From contig VRVR01000021.1 in NCBI GenBank assembly GCA_009859145.1, positions 338,617 through 357,643 on the forward strand: a stretch of 19,027 bases of DNA. The letters are read 5' to 3'. Below the pieces are notes generated by a model. That model was not told where the DNA came from and did not search any database. It was given only the letters and a program-made list of their open reading frames with translations. The position numbers and the translations under genes were made by a program. Position 1 is the first letter of the stretch. The number at the start of each line of letters is the position of its first letter. Below are positions 16,278-19,027 of this stretch, piece by piece. This DNA comes from Andalucia godoyi And28. Taxonomy: Eukaryota > Protista > Jakobida.

Positions 16278-17846
16278 ATGTTGCTTTCTGTAGGCGCTTT
16301 CAAATATCGGTTGACCATGAACTTTCCTCCTGCTGCTGTATGGTCTTCGTCGTCTTCTAGAAAGTCGTCTTGCCCGCGATGTTCAAGTATTCTGCGACGG
16401 CTCAATGCTCTTTTTGTGGTTGCCCTCGTAATTCTGGTGATTTCTGGAACTTGGGAGCAAGTACGATTATCCAGTTTTCCACATCCATCAGTGTTCAGCG
16501 ATGAGCAAGAGCATCGCGGGCCGCGATTCACAGTGCAAGAAATATGGGGCGATCAAGCAGATGAAGACAAACACGAAGAGCAGCTGAAGGATCTACAGGA
16601 TCGTATCGATTTCTTGAAGAAATCGCATCCTCCTCCTCTTCACTGGGACTACAAGGTTCAAATGTACTCAGAAGAGACGATCAGTAACAACTTTAGAAAA
16701 TTGCAACAGAGCGGCCAGTATCTGTTTCACGTAGAAGTACCGCTGTTCGATCCTCGACAACGAACTGAACAATTCAATGCACTTCGGCTGAACGTAATGG
16801 AGATGATACTCGTTTCCATGGTGACGGGCAGACAACTCTTTGAACCGTGGATTCTCGGTCAGCTGAGAAACTCCACGTTCTACGAAGTGGCTGCAAAAAT
16901 GAACGTTCATAGTCACGGGGTACACGACGTGCTGTTCTCTGGTCCTGTTCTGTTCTCTGAAATTTTCGACACCACATTTGTAGAAAAGTTCCTCCAGCAA
17001 AGGCTGATACCGCATAGCGAATACTACAAGATGCTCGGAGGAAGAATTCAAAATCTCCGAACCGTGGACCCGTCATCTGTTCCGTCGCTGTTTCTCGTCG
17101 ATGGCAGAACATGGATTGTTGAAAACCAAGTTACCTTTGATCGCGAATTTGGGAAACGTTCCCTGAATACGAAGGATTTGCACGATTATTTTGGAACAGA
17201 TATTGACGAGTCGGTTCTCACTGTCCACACGATAAGAGGAAAGATCACCGGGAATTCTCCTAACTGGCACGAGTCATTCGGGATGCTGTACTGGAACATT
17301 CGAAAATGCCTTGAGTTCAATGGTGCCATGTATGCCCGCGCTGCTCTTGCATTGCAGAGGCTCGATGTGCCGAAGGATTATCATTTCCTTGCTTTCCACT
17401 GGAGACGCGGAGACCGTGGGCATCCCGAGATGGGGCGCTTTGGATCGGACCACATGGAGAAGACAAGCCCGCGTAGGGTTGGAATTGTCATCAAGCGATT
17501 GCTGGAATACTATAGGATGTCGATGGTATTCGTGGCGACGAATTCGGGACTGGAAAGTGATTGGCAAGCATTTGTGAATGCTGTCGCACCCTATCGAGCC
17601 GTGAAGCTGGATGCGCGGTCTGGTGCAGATTTCAGGAAAGAAAAATACATGCACAACATGGCTGCAGAAGAAATCATTGCCTCGAGTGCAGCCGTGTTTG
17701 TGTCCGATGGGTCTCGATATTCATCATGTTCAACTGTTTCAAGAATCATTTTGGAGGAGAGAATTTTGCATTACAAGCCCTACATGATGAAGCCTCTGTT
17801 CATCTATGATTTGCTCGAAGCAGATCCAAAGACCCAATTGCACTAA
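16278..17846 (+). CDS. O-fucosyltransferase family protein (POFUT2-like), type II membrane topology; alternative start at ATG 16317
   Basis: Single N-terminal transmembrane segment LNALFVVALVILVISGTW and a stem. EQFNALR (cf. POFUT2 EGFNLRR), AFHWRRGD (cf. HLRRKD), VFVATN, and EEIIASSAAVFV...STVSRIILEER (cf. DQWICAHARFFIG..STFSFRIHEER). Confidence 0.75.
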   Translation: MLLSVGAFKYRLTMNFPPAAVWSSSSSRKSSCPRCSSILRRLNALFVVALVILVISGTWEQVRLSSFPHPSVFSDEQEHRGPRFTVQEIWGDQADEDKHEEQLKDLQDRIDFLKKSHPPPLHWDYKVQMYSEETISNNFRKLQQSGQYLFHVEVPLFDPRQRTEQFNALRLNVMEMILVSMVTGRQLFEPWILGQLRNSTFYEVAAKMNVHSHGVHDVLFSGPVLFSEIFDTTFVEKFLQQRLIPHSEYYKMLGGRIQNLRTVDPSSVPSLFLVDGRTWIVENQVTFDREFGKRSLNTKDLHDYFGTDIDESVLTVHTIRGKITGNSPNWHESFGMLYWNIRKCLEFNGAMYARAALALQRLDVPKDYHFLAFHWRRGDRGHPEMGRFGSDHMEKTSPRRVGIVIKRLLEYYRMSMVFVATNSGLESDWQAFVNAVAPYRAVKLDARSGADFRKEKYMHNMAAEEIIASSAAVFVSDGSRYSSCSTVSRIILEERILHYKPYMMKPLFIYDLLEADPKTQLH

Positions 17847-18449
17847 ACTGTGGGGATTGTGTTTGATTGGGCTTCGGGAATGAGTTCTGAATAATTTAAT
17901 CTGCCTCTCTTGCACGACTTGTCTGTGCTCTGTACTTTTCAACGGCACGAGGCGGAGCTCCCTTTCACGGATCGTGTCCGATCTCAAGGCATTTACAAGG
18001 ACGACTCGTTGCTCGAGCTGGACAATGTCTGCAGGTGTGGTGACTCTGCAGACTTCTTGATAATCCGAATTTCCCGATAGTTTATTTAATTTAGAACTGG
18101 GATTGCTTCCCTATTGGTTGCTTCCCATACTTTTGCTTGCCCATTTTTATAATGTGCAATACACATCGATAAGTGATGGGTTTAGAATTGCTTGCGCTTC
18201 ATTGCTAGTCTCGTTCAGATCCCCCACCATCGTTGGCACATATACGCAATGCTGTGGCGGAGGCTTATCATATCCTCGTCGTCCTTCTGCCTGCGTGCTT
18301 CAAATTTTTGCCTGCATAAACGCCGATTCGCTTATTGCCTTGTTTTGCGTACTCTAGGTATGGTTGGCGCTGTTTTCTTTTCTGTTGCAAGTGAGAGTGA
18401 AAGTACCAGTGTCGATCGTCGATCGCTAGTCTTCTAGCCCACGGTTGGC

Positions 18450-18990
18450 TTGGTTAAATGTAAAAGAGCCCTTCCGATGCATTCTTCATCGCCCGAAGGA
18501 TGCGGAGCGGTATCGACAGACGATCGAGCATGTGCTTTTGAAGAGCGTGGATCTCACTGGCGCCTGTGCGTTGCTTGGGATGTCCGCCAGGAGATTGGTG
18601 TGCGGAGATTTGAAGCACATGAACACGGCTCCTTCTTCCGTGCGCTGCGCGATGCCGAGTTGGTACCCCCAGAGGTCCAGATCATGTCGACCACCCGGTG
18701 CAGCGTCGGGGAGGGAAACGCGCTCTTGCGGGTTTCTTGGCGTACCGATTTCTTGGAAAGCCACAGTGCGCCCACTTTCCCCGGGCTGTATCGCAGGTTT
18801 TGCTGACGAGGGTAGGACCCGCTCCAGAAGGGGCTTGACCCCCTTGAGTTCTGCGATACCGACAGCGCAGGTCCACCTGAAGGGTGATGTTTTTCTCCAC
18901 CAGATTCTGCATCCTCTGCACATGAGCAGTGCAACGGGGGAGCCTTGAGTCGAGGGATACCGCTGGGTCCTCCTCCAGTCGACGGTAGTT
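18450..18990. pseudogene. GC-rich coding-like segment with no single intact ORF; possible pseudogene or degenerate element
   Basis: Hand counts of three 60-nt lines (18541, 18661, 18721) give 60%, 65% and 57% GC, against 47% for one sampled AP4E line. Several overlapping 79-167 aa ORFs on both strands, none recognisable. Confidence 0.3.
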
Positions 18991-19027
18991 TCTCTCTCTC
19001 TCTCTCTTTCTTTCTCCTCTTCCTCCC
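18991..19027 (+). repeat. (TC)8 microsatellite continuing as a pure pyrimidine tract to the window edge
   Basis: Read directly from the sequence. Confidence 0.9.

Noticed and set aside
727-17846. Apparent clustering of endomembrane genes (Rh, PIG-Z, AP-4 epsilon, Snf7, O-fucosyltransferase) as a functional system
   Set aside because: Mixed orientations and unrelated pathways; these are common housekeeping classes. Without synteny or co-expression data, chance neighbourhood is sufficient.

Overview
Gene-dense eukaryotic nuclear DNA from an intron-poor microbial eukaryote. The long ORFs are uninterrupted and roughly 50% GC; most spacers are short, AT-rich and carry microsatellites. Recognisable genes, left to right: Rh-family ammonia channel with an unusual N-terminal extension (+), orphan 156-aa ORF (+), GPI mannosyltransferase PIG-Z/Smp3 (-), AP-4 epsilon adaptin (+), uncharacterised protein with a degenerate EF-hand-like loop (-), ESCRT-III Snf7/Vps32 (+), trifunctional Trl1-type RNA/tRNA ligase (+), mitochondrial enoyl-CoA hydratase (-) and a POFUT2-like O-fucosyltransferase (+). 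The last ~1.1 kb looks coding-like but does not resolve into one ORF. AP-4, Rh, Trl1 and a POFUT2-like gene together argue against a yeast, land plant or animal and for a protist (inference; the species cannot be identified from the sequence alone). The best leads are the Trl1-like enzyme, its variant kinase motifs (GKD / TRNN) and the perfect 18-bp tandem array just upstream of it. I found no CRISPR array, rRNA, tRNA or intact mobile element, and no clear multi-gene novel system. All family assignments come from motifs recalled by eye, not from database searches.
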